A stretch of 64,000 nucleotides of DNA from sequence record MF360958.1; one strand, 5' to 3'. The stretch's first letter is position 1. Every line of letters begins with the position of its first letter. A program made the position numbers and the translations under genes. The notes under the pieces are model-generated. The model was not told where the DNA came from. It saw nothing but the letters and a program-made list of their open reading frames with translations, and made no database searches. This document shows positions 10,037-21,628 of this stretch, piece after piece.

Positions 10037-10363
10037 ATGTTCAATCAATATGAGGAATTAACAATGAGTGAAAATTCAAAAAGTACGCGAAACACCGGCA
10101 ATCAACGTCGAGGCAACGGTGATAATAACCGTAGGCGTCAAAGTCAACATCTTGACGAGCTAGTTCTTGAAGCCCTTGACTTCATTAACAAACATGCCGA
10201 TAATAAGTCAGTGTATAAGTGTTTCAACAAGCGTAATGGTGCACTTTCTACATTTGGTGTTTATAATTATAAGACCAAAAAGTATTCGATTCACCATACA
10301 ACCAATTTTTACCCTGATGATTTAATGGATATTAAATTGGTAACGCTTGAAAAAAGTACTTGA
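10037..10363 (+). CDS. hypothetical protein with Arg-rich disordered N-terminus (likely start MSENS at 10064)
   Basis: TRNTGNQRRGNGDNNRRRQSQ; GAGG RBS before 10064. Confidence 0.65.
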   Translation: MFNQYEELTMSENSKSTRNTGNQRRGNGDNNRRRQSQHLDELVLEALDFINKHADNKSVYKCFNKRNGALSTFGVYNYKTKKYSIHHTTNFYPDDLMDIKLVTLEKST

Positions 10364-10387
10364 CAATTTTGATGACTTAGATACAAT
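10360..10387 (+). promoter_or_regulatory. sigma70-type promoter
   Basis: TTGACA (10360-65), 16-nt spacer, TACAAT (10382-87). Confidence 0.7.
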
Positions 10388-10393
10388 AAGAAT

Positions 10394-10503
10394 TGTTGAG
10401 AGCTAGGTTCTTTCTTCCTTCTAATACTTTGATTCTGGCAAACTAAATTAGAAAAACGATTTCTCTCAACACTAACAAAAACCCCTCAAATGAGGGGTTT
10501 TTT
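10394..10503 (+). ncRNA. candidate small structured RNA
   Basis: Lies between a promoter and a terminator. TGTTGAGAG (10394-402) pairs with CTCTCAACA (10463-71); TTCTAAT (10419-25) pairs with ATTAGAA (10447-53). Confidence 0.5.
10477..10503 (+). terminator. intrinsic terminator
   Basis: AAAAACCCCTC-AAAT-GAGGGGTTTTTT. Confidence 0.85.
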
Positions 10504-10553
10504 ATTGGATATAAATAATATTTAAGATATTTATTAGATTCGGGAAATATATT

Positions 10554-11615
10554 ATGAATATAGAGTATTGGAAAAAACAACAGAATAATATACAACATAT
10601 TTCCGCGCCTCATAATTCATTATTAACTCTTAATTATTATGAAGATTATGTTAAAAAGTTGTATGATTTTATCCAGAATAAACTCTACGAAGATTTTTCA
10701 AAACAAAATATTGCTGAAGCTTTTGGATTAATATTAATTTGTGTATCATGTGCTCATTATGATATGAAAACTGTACAGAGTAATCCTCCTGCCGAGCGAT
10801 TCGTTTTCAAGACATTAGACGATGCTATTAATGCATTACTGAGAGAAATTCATACTGCAAAATATTCTTCAAATGATGTTCAATGCTGGCGATTTATTTG
10901 GAGAGGATTATGGGTAGCAACTTTTAAATCTAAGATTTCTGAACAAGATATTATAGATTATTTTTATGTTGACGATATCATTCAAAAATGGTTAAGAAAT
11001 AACGATACTGATTCTGATGAAAATAATAGTATAAATGACAATACTATGATAATAGTAGAATCGTTAAGGAATAACGGTCATGATTGGGATAGTATTTCTA
11101 CTATAATTGGTATTGATACAACATGTATAAAAAATGAATATATAAATCATCTTGAAAATAAGTAGTATTTGATAAATAATGGGATGGATGAATTTAGACT
11201 GAAATGCAATAACCATTTCATATCATTAATCCAACGTTCAGTATACACAATCATTTACGATGAAATGCCTTGTTTACCGTCTGAACAATATGTTGAAAAA
11301 TATGATGAAATGGTTACTAATATGCTTGAAAGTGAAACATTTTCAGATCGCATTAATCGTCGCTTTTATCAATTAGCTCAACAATATACTGGATATGATA
11401 TTCGAGATTATACATATTTAGATATTCGAGTTGATACAAGCACGATCAAGCCGGTTGTCATCCATCATTTAGATCAAGCTATTATTAAATTTTTCTATAA
11501 AAATATTAATATTGATTTAGTTTTTCCTTCCAAACGACAATTCAAATATTTGAAACTACTGAACGATGTTCATCTTAATAACTTTTTTAATTCTTATTTT
11601 ATATCAAATCGATAA
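10554..11615 (+). CDS. two hypothetical proteins (10554..11165, 11169..11615)
   Basis: Consecutive ORFs of 203 and 148 aa; the first has a possible C-terminal helix-turn-helix. Confidence 0.55.
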
Positions 11616-11684
11616 CATTGATAAATCTGTAATTGTTTGATAGTATAGGTATACATTTAATAACGGGCAGAAGTAAGAAATATT

Positions 11685-13553
11685 ATGAGCAAATATGAAG
11701 AAAATAGTGAAAAGGATGAACAGATATCACATTTAAAAGATGAAATTTCTCATCTTGAAAGTGTTTTAGATACTTCTAATGAACAAATAGATGAATTGTC
11801 TAATACATTAGATGAAAAAACAAATATAATTAATGAATATAATGATGATATTGAATATTACGAATCTTCAATTAATGATGTTTGTGATTATTATGAAAAT
11901 GATATTTTAAGTTACTTTAATTATCAAATATATTATAAAGTAAAGAGTAGGCTTAAAAGTTTTTATATGTCATTAGTATTGGGGGAAGAAGATTCAAAAA
12001 GTATTGATTACTTCACATCATTATCATATAAAACATATTTAAAAGAATGTCTTATTGATTGTTATAAAGATATTATAGATGAGTTAATACCTAATATACC
12101 ACAAAATGTAGTACTTGAATCATGTTCAAAAAGTAATGAAAGGTACGCCTATTTTGATAATTCAGGATTATTAGAAGACACATTCTTTTTTGATTTAACT
12201 AATTTTTATATTAATGAAATATACCGTTACGTTATTATCCCGTTGTATGGGATGCTTTCTAAAAAAGAAAAAGAATTAGTAAAAGAAGATCATCATAAAT
12301 CATCAATGATGAAGTTTTTATTTCATATTCAAGGACATTGTTTTATTAGTCTTTTTGATCAATTAGTATCTAATTATGAAGTATGTGATGTTATAGGGAA
12401 AAAATCTAAATTTATATATAATAATTATCTTTATTACAATAATGAAACTCTTAGAACTTTTTATATAGCAAATCTCTCATTGATTTTAAAATATTGCAGC
12501 ATTCATTATGAGATTAATTCAACATATTTTGAATTATTAAACAAATATTTTTATAAAGTTAATGAATCTTATTTGTTACAAAATGTAATTGAAGCTATTA
12601 AAGATAATTTATCTAAAGTTAATCAAATTAATCATATAGTAACTATGATCGGTATAAAAAATTATTTGGGATTTAGTGTTTATAATATAAAATTTGAAAA
12701 TTATTATGATTCCTGTAGATTAAATTCACATTATATTAATTTATACGATGATTTTGATGAAAAAATAATGGTTGAATTATTTAATGATTATAACATTAAG
12801 GATTGTTTTTATTATAATAACTTAAAATATATTACAGAGAACAGTGATAAATTATTTGATATATTTTCAGGAAAATCTAAAGATGTTTCTATGGCCTTTA
12901 GAAAAAAAGGGACAAAGAATGAAAATGAGATTTTAGATATATCTAAAGAAAATGAAACAACTAAAAATGTTTTATATCATGTAAATCAATATGTTCAAAA
13001 TTATACGTCGCAATCTACAATATATTATTTGTGGTGTTGTTCTATAAAAGCAACCTATCTACTAACAAGTAATCTTCAACCATGTAAAATTATTTGGGAA
13101 CAACAATTTACAAATAGTAATAAGTATTTACTACCTTATGTCATGAAAACGGAATATAGTAATAACTGGTTATCAACTAAGCTTCTCAATATTCCCCAAT
13201 TTTTAGTTGTGTTGAAAACAATTATTAAACAACAGGATAATATTGAAAATCCTTTCTTTAATGATAATAGTTGTGATTTAAATAAAAATTATAATGATTT
13301 CAATCATGATGCGTATTACGGTATAATAAATGATATTGAAGATTATATTAATACGATTATTATGAATTGTGAAAAAATATTAAAAGATAATACATATGAA
13401 TTAGACAAATCTTCAATTAATCTTAATGTCGAATTAGATCATATTAAGTATGCCATGTATACTCTTGAATCGATTCTTGAATGTTTTGATGATACTAAAA
13501 CAGACCTGATAAATCTTAATAAAAAGATCAATAAATTAAAAATTAAGGTATAG
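11685..13553 (+). CDS. ~620-aa paralog family member 2
   Basis: 622 aa, N-terminal coiled coil, motif shared with 5306..7168. Confidence 0.7.
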   Translation: MSKYEENSEKDEQISHLKDEISHLESVLDTSNEQIDELSNTLDEKTNIINEYNDDIEYYESSINDVCDYYENDILSYFNYQIYYKVKSRLKSFYMSLVLGEEDSKSIDYFTSLSYKTYLKECLIDCYKDIIDELIPNIPQNVVLESCSKSNERYAYFDNSGLLEDTFFFDLTNFYINEIYRYVIIPLYGMLSKKEKELVKEDHHKSSMMKFLFHIQGHCFISLFDQLVSNYEVCDVIGKKSKFIYNNYLYYNNETLRTFYIANLSLILKYCSIHYEINSTYFELLNKYFYKVNESYLLQNVIEAIKDNLSKVNQINHIVTMIGIKNYLGFSVYNIKFENYYDSCRLNSHYINLYDDFDEKIMVELFNDYNIKDCFYYNNLKYITENSDKLFDIFSGKSKDVSMAFRKKGTKNENEILDISKENETTKNVLYHVNQYVQNYTSQSTIYYLWCCSIKATYLLTSNLQPCKIIWEQQFTNSNKYLLPYVMKTEYSNNWLSTKLLNIPQFLVVLKTIIKQQDNIENPFFNDNSCDLNKNYNDFNHDAYYGIINDIEDYINTIIMNCEKILKDNTYELDKSSINLNVELDHIKYAMYTLESILECFDDTKTDLINLNKKINKLKIKV

Positions 13554-13559
13554 ATTTAT

Positions 13560-14162
13560 ATGAATATATTCGTCACAGACGTTGAACCACGCCAATGTGC
13601 CATTGAACATAATGACGTACATCTTCGTAAAATGATTATCGAGACGGCACAACTGTTATCAACAGCACATGTTGTATTAGATGATAACGTGGTAGCTTAT
13701 AAAAAGACACATCAAAATCATCCCTGTGCTATATGGGTTAGACAATCTAAAGAAAATTATGCATGGACACGGCACCTTTTATTTGAACTATCTAAGGAAT
13801 ATACATATCGTTCAGATAGATTTCATCGAACATCTAGATATATTGATAACTTAGATAAAATTCCATCAACATTGATGTTTATGAGCGATTACGTTTCGAA
13901 CGAATATCCAACACAGGAAGATATTTCTAAACATTTTCATGAAAAATCCTTTGTATGTGCTATGCCTGAAAAGTATATTACTAACAATTGTTTCGAATCA
14001 TACCAAGAATATCTTTCAATTAAATATGAAAATTGGAAACATCGTTGGGCCTATGATAAAAAGAGCGATTCTTATAAATTTAAACCTATTAAGGTAGAGT
14101 GGACAAAACGAAACACCCCTGAATGGTATTTCAATGAACCGGTCGTATTGGAATACTCATAA
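13560..14162 (+). CDS. pyrimidine-dimer DNA glycosylase-like protein (T4 endonuclease V superfamily)
   Basis: MNIFVTD...HLRKMIIETAQLLSTAH...THQNHPCAIWVRQSKENYAW signature. Confidence 0.75.
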   Translation: MNIFVTDVEPRQCAIEHNDVHLRKMIIETAQLLSTAHVVLDDNVVAYKKTHQNHPCAIWVRQSKENYAWTRHLLFELSKEYTYRSDRFHRTSRYIDNLDKIPSTLMFMSDYVSNEYPTQEDISKHFHEKSFVCAMPEKYITNNCFESYQEYLSIKYENWKHRWAYDKKSDSYKFKPIKVEWTKRNTPEWYFNEPVVLEYS

Positions 14163-14228
14163 AATAAACTTATTGACGTTTAAATCAATATAAATTACTA
14201 TATCAAACTATAATCAAAGGATATAATC

Positions 14229-15134
14229 ATGAATGTAACATTTAAAACAAACGGTACTATGACGAGATTAATTGAAGATGAAAATGAAGAAATGGTTGAA
14301 GACACTATTACACCCAATCAGTGCGTCATACCATTTTTTTCCGAATGTATTACCTTTGAAGATGGTTTTAAGCTACGTCATCTTTTTGACATTATGATTC
14401 GCCATCCAGAACTTCAATTAATTAATTCATATATAGAAGATTATTTGGAAATTTATAAAAATCAAAAAAGTGAAATGTTAAAAGAAAAAGATTCTGAATT
14501 CAGTTGTATAGTAGTATGTCCAGCTATAAATATCAGTTTTTCAGATTATGACATTGAACTTTCAGACTCTTTTCGCAAAAGAAATGATAAAGATGATACT
14601 ACCTATGACGAGCAGGGTAATAAAAAAGTAAAAGTTTATAGTTCAGAAAGTATGTTTAAACACATTCCAAGAAATGAAACAAAAATTAATGGCGATACCG
14701 AGCTACATACTCATCTTGTCAAGTATATTACAGATGAAGAATCAGAACAGCAACCTTATCAAGGTTATAAATATGATAGACATGTTGGTTCTAAATATAT
14801 CACGTATAGTATGACATTTATTGATATCATGGCTATTGCTGATCTTCCTATTACAGTGAGTGGTGGGGTTTTAACCATTGATAAACACAATAAAGATGAT
14901 AAAGAAGAAAAATACGAGGTCTATGATTCGACAGAATGTGATGTTGATATTGATGGTATAGCAACAATGAATATGTTTAATATTGTTGATAGCATTGTTA
15001 CTGATATCTGTTTCCACGGTGGACCTGAAGAATCACAAAAATTCTTGGATAAAATTGTTGAGATGAAGAATCAAATTGATACGTATGGAACTGAAATTGT
15101 AGACCCAAATGAAGATAACAACGAAGAGGAATGA
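14229..15134 (+). CDS. hypothetical protein
   Basis: 301-aa ORF with RBS. Confidence 0.6.
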   Translation: MNVTFKTNGTMTRLIEDENEEMVEDTITPNQCVIPFFSECITFEDGFKLRHLFDIMIRHPELQLINSYIEDYLEIYKNQKSEMLKEKDSEFSCIVVCPAINISFSDYDIELSDSFRKRNDKDDTTYDEQGNKKVKVYSSESMFKHIPRNETKINGDTELHTHLVKYITDEESEQQPYQGYKYDRHVGSKYITYSMTFIDIMAIADLPITVSGGVLTIDKHNKDDKEEKYEVYDSTECDVDIDGIATMNMFNIVDSIVTDICFHGGPEESQKFLDKIVEMKNQIDTYGTEIVDPNEDNNEEE

Positions 15135-15138
15135 TACA

Positions 15139-15570
15139 ATGAGCGAACTATTGAAACAAATCAAAAAAGATCAGCTTCAAGCACGTAAAAATAAAGAAAC
15201 AGAGAAATCAAAAGTTCTTACAACGTTATTAGGAACAGCTTCACCATCAGGTAACGATACAGTAACAGATAAAGATGTTATTGCAGTAGTTCAAAAATTT
15301 ATTAAAAGTGCTAATGAAACAATGCAATATCAATCCAATAGTGATTATGATATCACTGATATTGTTAATGAAGTACGTATTCTTGAACAATATTTACCTA
15401 AACAATTAAGCATTGAAGAAATGAAAAGAATTGCTGAACAATATATTAACGATAATGAAATTACTTCTCCTAAGCAGATGGGAAGAGTTATGAGCTATTT
15501 TAATGAAAATTATTCTGGACAATATGATGGTAAAGAACTATCAGCAATTGTAAAACAATTGTTGATTTAA
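15139..15570 (+). CDS. GatB/YqeY domain protein
   Basis: MSELLKQIKKDQLQARK...EVRILEQYLPKQLS...SPKQMGRVMS...YDGKELSAIVK. Confidence 0.85.
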   Translation: MSELLKQIKKDQLQARKNKETEKSKVLTTLLGTASPSGNDTVTDKDVIAVVQKFIKSANETMQYQSNSDYDITDIVNEVRILEQYLPKQLSIEEMKRIAEQYINDNEITSPKQMGRVMSYFNENYSGQYDGKELSAIVKQLLI

Positions 15571-15572
15571 AA

Positions 15573-15603
15573 AATAAAGGCGGGATCCTCTATCCCGCCT
15601 TTA
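15573..15603. terminator. bidirectional intrinsic terminator
   Basis: TAAAGGCGGGAT-CCTCT-ATCCCGCCTTTA between convergent genes. Confidence 0.75.
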
Positions 15604-16149
15604 TTAATTAAGATAGTTAAGTTTATAAAGAGTATGATCAATAAGAGAAAGAATTTCTTCTATAATATGTTCAGCAGAATCTTCTTCTACTCTTTCCTGC
15701 ATATCATTCATAACTTCTTTAAAAGCACCAATCTCATCAACCATTTCATTATAAGGAACTAACTCAAGATTATAAACGGTTTCGCGGCCAATATGACCTT
15801 TAAGTTGAATTGAAATTTCAATAAGACGATCACATTTATCATTAAGTTCAGTATAAAATTCCTCAAGAGCTTCATGTGTTGCATAATTTTCAGTTTGAAG
15901 ATGCCAAAGATGTGAATTAGTAATCATGCGTAAACAATGTAAACAACATTCGGCACATTCTTCATCCATATTACTTTCAACGGAACGGTATTTTTTTGTT
16001 CCTAAATAATCTTCTTCGGTTTTTTCACCATGACTATATTCCATCGCATCATAGTCAATATCACGGCCCTCTTCGTCTAGGGAAACATTACCAACATCTT
16101 TTTTACCTTTAAATTTTGGTTTATTGTGTGTCATTATTACATTCTCCAA
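15604..16149 (-). CDS. ferritin/Dps-like four-helix protein
   Basis: SHLWHLQTENYATHEALEEFYTELNDKCDRLIE...LIDHTLYKL. Confidence 0.75.
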   Translation of the reverse strand: MENVIMTHNKPKFKGKKDVGNVSLDEEGRDIDYDAMEYSHGEKTEEDYLGTKKYRSVESNMDEECAECCLHCLRMITNSHLWHLQTENYATHEALEEFYTELNDKCDRLIEISIQLKGHIGRETVYNLELVPYNEMVDEIGAFKEVMNDMQERVEEDSAEHIIEEILSLIDHTLYKLNYLN

Positions 16150-16191
16150 TTTTAAAATTAATGTTTTACATTATTTATGAAAATTCTCAAA

Positions 16192-16220
16192 TTGACATAT
16201 ACTATATAAGTCGCTACAAT
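16192..16220 (+). promoter_or_regulatory. sigma70-type promoter; representative of many (also 32961, 34924, 38020, 44429)
   Basis: TTGACA-N17-TACAAT here; TTGACA-N17/18-TATAAT at the other positions. Confidence 0.75.
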
Positions 16221-16226
16221 AGTTGA

Positions 16227-17117
16227 ATGTCTTATAGTACTAAGTGGATCATCGATAAGTATATACTGGATAGTTCCTATCATGAACGTCTTGATAGTGT
16301 TCTTGAGCGTAATTATATTGATTACACGGTTGAACAATATATTCCATTTCAGCGTTATCCAGAAAATATTCCCTACTATGAGTACAATGGTCCAGTTATA
16401 GTTTATGGGTCTATAGAATTTGTAAATTGGTATTGTAATAATTATTATATGGATAATCCATTTGTTCCCGGATGTTATTATGATATTAAGAATTTCAAAA
16501 CAAGTTATTATGTATCCAAATTGATTCCATCTATGAATTATGATATTGGTAAAAATTACTTTCTCAATAGTGATGCAATATTTGTACCGTTTGGAATGTT
16601 GAAATATAATTATAATGTATATTTTGAAATGTTCGACACTGGTAAATTGTTTATAAGACCCGATAGCGGCTCAAAAACATTTTCAGGAATTACTATTGAA
16701 TATAATGATCTAGAACATGAATTAAATACTATAATGCAATTATCTAGTATGATGGATCATGAATGGATTATGATTTCCTCGGTTAAAGATATTATTGATG
16801 AATACCGTTATTTTATTATTGATGGACAGGTAATAGCCCAAACACAGTATATGCATAAATCCAATGTTTATATGGATACTATTACCGATGATGATTGTGA
16901 CCAATTAGCATATTTAGTTGCTAATAATAGTTTACAAATTGATGTTGCTTATGTTTGTGATATCGCTAAATTGGATGATGGGTCTTGTAGAATTGTGGAA
17001 TTCAATTCAATATGTTCTAGTGGTTTTTATAGTGCTAATATAGATAATATTGTGAAATCTCTTTCGTTTTGTGCTGACAAAGAGGATAATGGAGAATTAG
17101 TTAAACCTGTATTCTAA
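16227..17117 (+). CDS. ATP-grasp domain protein (DUF4343/R2K-like)
   Basis: LFIRPDSGSKTFSG...EYRYFIIDGQVI...YVCDIA...IVEFNSICSSGFY. Confidence 0.75.
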   Translation: MSYSTKWIIDKYILDSSYHERLDSVLERNYIDYTVEQYIPFQRYPENIPYYEYNGPVIVYGSIEFVNWYCNNYYMDNPFVPGCYYDIKNFKTSYYVSKLIPSMNYDIGKNYFLNSDAIFVPFGMLKYNYNVYFEMFDTGKLFIRPDSGSKTFSGITIEYNDLEHELNTIMQLSSMMDHEWIMISSVKDIIDEYRYFIIDGQVIAQTQYMHKSNVYMDTITDDDCDQLAYLVANNSLQIDVAYVCDIAKLDDGSCRIVEFNSICSSGFYSANIDNIVKSLSFCADKEDNGELVKPVF

Positions 17118-17126
17118 GGTTAGTAT

Positions 17127-18891
17127 ATGGAAGGAATAAATGTACAAAAAAATACTATCAATAATCAAGATAATATCATTAAAGATGTTGTCGTAGAAGT
17201 TGATGAAGATGGTAAAAGAAGAGATCGAGTTGTTATCAAAACCAATTTACCTCAACCATCTTTTCCATTTAAAGGAACATTAAATTTTGTTATTGATTGT
17301 CCATGTAAAGGAGGTTGTAAATATGTAAAAGATAATTTTGGTATTATGCCTGAGGTTATTTTCTATTCAAGTTTAAATAGTAAACTTCAAACATATCGTG
17401 ATATTCAACAAAACTAAGGAGTATTTAAAAATGATTAAAGATTACACTAAACCACAGAATGATTACACCAAACCTCAGACTGAGTATTTTGATATCTATG
17501 ATGGCGAGGATAGTACAAAGAGTAATACATACTTACAACGTATTATAGGTCTTATTGTTGCCTTTTTGGTCGTGATTCTTATTGGAGGAATTGTTGTTAA
17601 AACTGCGAATGCTGATGTTGTAGTTTCACAACAGCAAGTTTCTTATTGTAATTATAAAGCAGATATGGTTAGAGATATTGCTCACATGAAACAATATAAC
17701 AGCGATCCTAATAATGTTTATAAATCATTTGTGTTACAAAATAGACGTTCCCATATAAGGGTTTCCGAAGATAAGATTGCACAAATGATTAATTATGTAT
17801 ATCATTTTAAAAATACACAATCTCCCCAAAAGATGTATGACAAAATTCGTCAATTATGTATAGTTAATTTTGGCAATAAAAATCTTCGTTATAAGAAAAA
17901 TCATTAAGATTTATTTAGGGGCTATTACAGGATGATAGCCCCTAGTGCTGAGAAGATAATCATAATCATAATAATAGGAATAGCAATACCTATTATGATT
18001 GAAAGGAAAAGTCCCAGAAAAAAGCCTATCGGAAGCCCTAAGAAAGTTACAAAAATAACGGCTCCATCAGCGAATTCACTTTCAATGGCTGCGCCATAAA
18101 AAACATAGGATGTTAAAACCGCCATGAAAATGCAGAACAAAAATACAATAAAACGAAGAACCTTTTTAATAAACATGATTTCCTCTATTTCCAACTATTA
18201 AATATATTTTATCGTATTTTTTATAGTATTGTCAAGTTTGTTATTTAGAAAATTTCGAATACAAATCAATCAATACATTATTTCTAAATTTATCATTAAC
18301 CCAAATATAGGAAGTTAATAAATCCGCGAGTTCTTTACGAGCGCCGTGGGTTTGTTGTTTAAATTCAACCTCGGGGAATATATTAGCCATTTCTTTTAGA
18401 CGTATACCTTTTTGAAGCATTACTTTGATTGTTTTTTTAAGTTCTTGAGATTCTATGTTATATCCAGATTCTCTTTTCATCGTATTATCACTATCATAAA
18501 ACAATTCTTTATTAAATTTGGAAGGATCTTTTAATGATTCTATGACATTATCAATACGTTTTTTATTATTATTCTTAAAATGTTTTGTTTTATAATTTTG
18601 ATTAATACGATTCCATTTTTTGAAAAGTTCTTCAAAAAAATCTTTTGAATTATTAAATTTCTCATCCAGTATTTTTTTAAGACTTGTATAATAATCATAA
18701 TCAGGATTGTTTTCGGATGGATTATCCCAACGTAAATGTTCATCAAATTGAGATGCAAGAACACCCATACTATTTCTACTACCTAGTATAATCTGATTTA
18801 AATATTTGTATGATTTTTTGGATAATTTATCCATATCACTTTTTCGATATAGTTCAATTAATGATTGATAATCAAAAGGATCAGAAGCCAT
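17127..18891. CDS. four hypothetical proteins (17127..17417 +, 17398..17907 + membrane-anchored, 17925..18194 - membrane, 18241..18891 -)
   Basis: ORF track; hydrophobic segments in 17398 and 17925. Confidence 0.5.
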
Positions 18892-18903
18892 TGTTAATCT
18901 CCG

Positions 18904-19686
18904 TTATTTCTTAATCTGTTTTTTCTGTTTGATTTTAAATTTACTTTGAGCATTTTTCATGCTTTCTTGGATTTTTGTTTTCTTTTGTTCGGCTTTTGCT
19001 TTATTTATATCATGAGCATAGCAAAATCCGCTCTGATCACCCATGACACAATACGCATTATGATGTTCATTGTATTCTACCATAACATCATTATCGACTC
19101 GTATAGCTTTACTGCGTTCTTTTTTACGAACCTTTTCTTTATCTTCTCGTAGACGCATTTCAGTAATGAAACTTTCATCTAAACCGTAATAACCTAATTT
19201 TTCTTTAGATTGTTCCATAATTTTCTTTTGACGTTTTGAAAGTTTATGATATGGGCGAAGAAATGGATTTTTCTTTGTATTCTCGTCATAACGAGTTCCA
19301 AAAGACCAGCCTTCTTTCATATTATCCATAAACCATTTGTTATGTTCAACAACAATAGAATCTTGAGAAAATTGCTTATTTTCTTCAGTTTCTGGGTTTT
19401 CTATATCCGCTTCAATTTCAACAACAAAATCAAATTCAAATGTAGAATACAATCCGCCGATGATGTTATCAGCTTCATCGCTATTAATGCGACGATTAAA
19501 GTTGAACACATAAGCATGAGAACTATCATTAAGCGTATAGTGTTCAGCGGTAATTTGTGATTCACTGGAAGTTATGATATGATCATCAGCTAAAGTATTA
19601 ACTGTATGAACAATATTTTTTAATTGTTCATTAGACAGTTCATCATTAGAAATAAAACGTAAATCTTTCATTGATTGGTACTCCAT
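18904..19686 (-). CDS. RyR-domain protein (late)
   Basis: EHNKWFMDNMKEGWSFGTRYDENTKKNPFLRPYHKLS matches the RyR repeat; GATAAATA upstream. Confidence 0.75.
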   Translation of the reverse strand: MEYQSMKDLRFISNDELSNEQLKNIVHTVNTLADDHIITSSESQITAEHYTLNDSSHAYVFNFNRRINSDEADNIIGGLYSTFEFDFVVEIEADIENPETEENKQFSQDSIVVEHNKWFMDNMKEGWSFGTRYDENTKKNPFLRPYHKLSKRQKKIMEQSKEKLGYYGLDESFITEMRLREDKEKVRKKERSKAIRVDNDVMVEYNEHHNAYCVMGDQSGFCYAHDINKAKAEQKKTKIQESMKNAQSKFKIKQKKQIKK

Positions 19687-19756
19687 GAATATTCAATATT
19701 TATCTAAAGTATTTATCACAATCAATAATGTTATTAATAATTTATAAGGTCAGTAT

Positions 19757-21628
19757 ATGAGTGAAGATAATCAATATATTTTAAATTCATTAGAAGAACA
19801 AATAATGGATCTAAAATCATTTATTCAAGATAATAGTTATAATATTAGTACATTACAGGAAAAAGTGAATTATGTAGAAAATAATATAATTGGTGAATTG
19901 TATTCAATGATAAACATGCATCTTTCATGGTTAGGAACAAAACATACTGAATATAATGAAAATCAATTAAAACATATGGATTATCAAAATATACACAATG
20001 CTATCGATAATAAGAAAAATGATTTAATTGGTGATATTAATGAAATTAAACAAGTTTACAAAGATGCTGGTAATAGTGATATTGTCATCACATATATAAT
20101 GAATAGTTCATTAGAAGAATTTGGTAATTTTTGTTATGATTTATTAGATTCTAATATAAAAAATATAATGCGATACGTTACAAATACATTGGTACATTCA
20201 GGGGATGATAATTCTAATCTAAGAAATATCGGTAATATTTTTAATAAAGATATCGTAGAATTTTTGGATAATTTTTATTCAATGAATATTTTAAAAACCA
20301 TTTTTGAAAATTATTTAGAGATTATCTTCACAACATATACAGATTCACAAGACAGTGATAACTATTTGGATAAGTTACTTTCAAGTTTGAATATTGATGA
20401 TGAAAAGGATCTTTCCCAAAAATTTTTTGAAGACAATTATGTGTATGAACAGGTAATGATATGGGTTTATGAATTAGACGCTCATAACAGACTATTAGAT
20501 AATTATTCATTATTTAAACCTCTACAAAATCTATTTCAAATTTTTATGGATAAGTTAATCTATGCGTGTAATTTATTTATATATAGTTTTTCAGATTCGA
20601 GTTGGAAAAATATGATTGTTGATTTTGAAAGAAAACTAATCATGTCTTATTCAATTGTTTTTGTTAATGCTTTTTCTAAAATTAATTATAATGTTTTAAA
20701 ATTTTGTATGAAAGATATTGATGAGGTAGATATTAATAATCCACACGAATTCATATTTAATAGTACTTTATATGATGGATCTTATAAAAGTAACGTTAAT
20801 TGTAGTGAAAGATATTTTCCATCTATTTTAAATCACTTCAATTTCCATACTGTAAAATATAGATATATTGACACTATGAATAATGTTAAGCATTTATATT
20901 CTTATGATAACTCAACCCATGTTAGTGAAAGAAAAGCTATGGAAGTACAATATATATCAAGATTAATTCTACTGTTTAAATATGTTTCGTTTTTCGATAG
21001 CCAAGATATTAAACAGTTTGTTGATAAACTAATGCGTTTTCAATCAATCGAAGGGGATCTAGACAATAGTTTAGAAAAAAGTGATAATTTAAGTAACTTT
21101 GTATATGAGAAAATGTTTACAGATGTCATTAAAAATTTAATACATACACAGTATCGTTTCAAAACAGTATTTGAACTTAATGAAAGTAATAGAATAGGTT
21201 TAAATATTTGGAGAACACTTCCAAACAGTGTTAAAATGAAAGTTATCCCTGATCGTAAAATTGAGCCTATACTATCAGAAACGATTATTTTAAAAATGTA
21301 TAAACTATCACAAGAATCTATCGAGGATAGCTGTGAACGCATAAAAGATATTACTAACACAGAGCCATGCGGTAATTTATATGATGAAAGCGTATTGAAT
21401 GAAAATGTTCCAAAATTGCGATTAGAATTTAAGGATAATAACGATGTAGTTTATATTATAACAATGCCAACATATTTTGATAAGTATTTGTTTATAGATA
21501 AAGAACAACTTCAAGATAGTAATGGTTCTTACAGTTTTTCACCACATTATGTAATGAAGAATAATATAATGGATTATATGTGTAACATTTATTCTAGTGT
21601 TAATAATTATATTAAATTGTTTGAATAA
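19757..21628 (+). CDS. ~620-aa paralog family member 3 (more divergent)
   Basis: 623 aa, N-terminal coiled coil, helical pattern similar to 5306 and 11685. Confidence 0.55.
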   Translation: MSEDNQYILNSLEEQIMDLKSFIQDNSYNISTLQEKVNYVENNIIGELYSMINMHLSWLGTKHTEYNENQLKHMDYQNIHNAIDNKKNDLIGDINEIKQVYKDAGNSDIVITYIMNSSLEEFGNFCYDLLDSNIKNIMRYVTNTLVHSGDDNSNLRNIGNIFNKDIVEFLDNFYSMNILKTIFENYLEIIFTTYTDSQDSDNYLDKLLSSLNIDDEKDLSQKFFEDNYVYEQVMIWVYELDAHNRLLDNYSLFKPLQNLFQIFMDKLIYACNLFIYSFSDSSWKNMIVDFERKLIMSYSIVFVNAFSKINYNVLKFCMKDIDEVDINNPHEFIFNSTLYDGSYKSNVNCSERYFPSILNHFNFHTVKYRYIDTMNNVKHLYSYDNSTHVSERKAMEVQYISRLILLFKYVSFFDSQDIKQFVDKLMRFQSIEGDLDNSLEKSDNLSNFVYEKMFTDVIKNLIHTQYRFKTVFELNESNRIGLNIWRTLPNSVKMKVIPDRKIEPILSETIILKMYKLSQESIEDSCERIKDITNTEPCGNLYDESVLNENVPKLRLEFKDNNDVVYIITMPTYFDKYLFIDKEQLQDSNGSYSFSPHYVMKNNIMDYMCNIYSSVNNYIKLFE

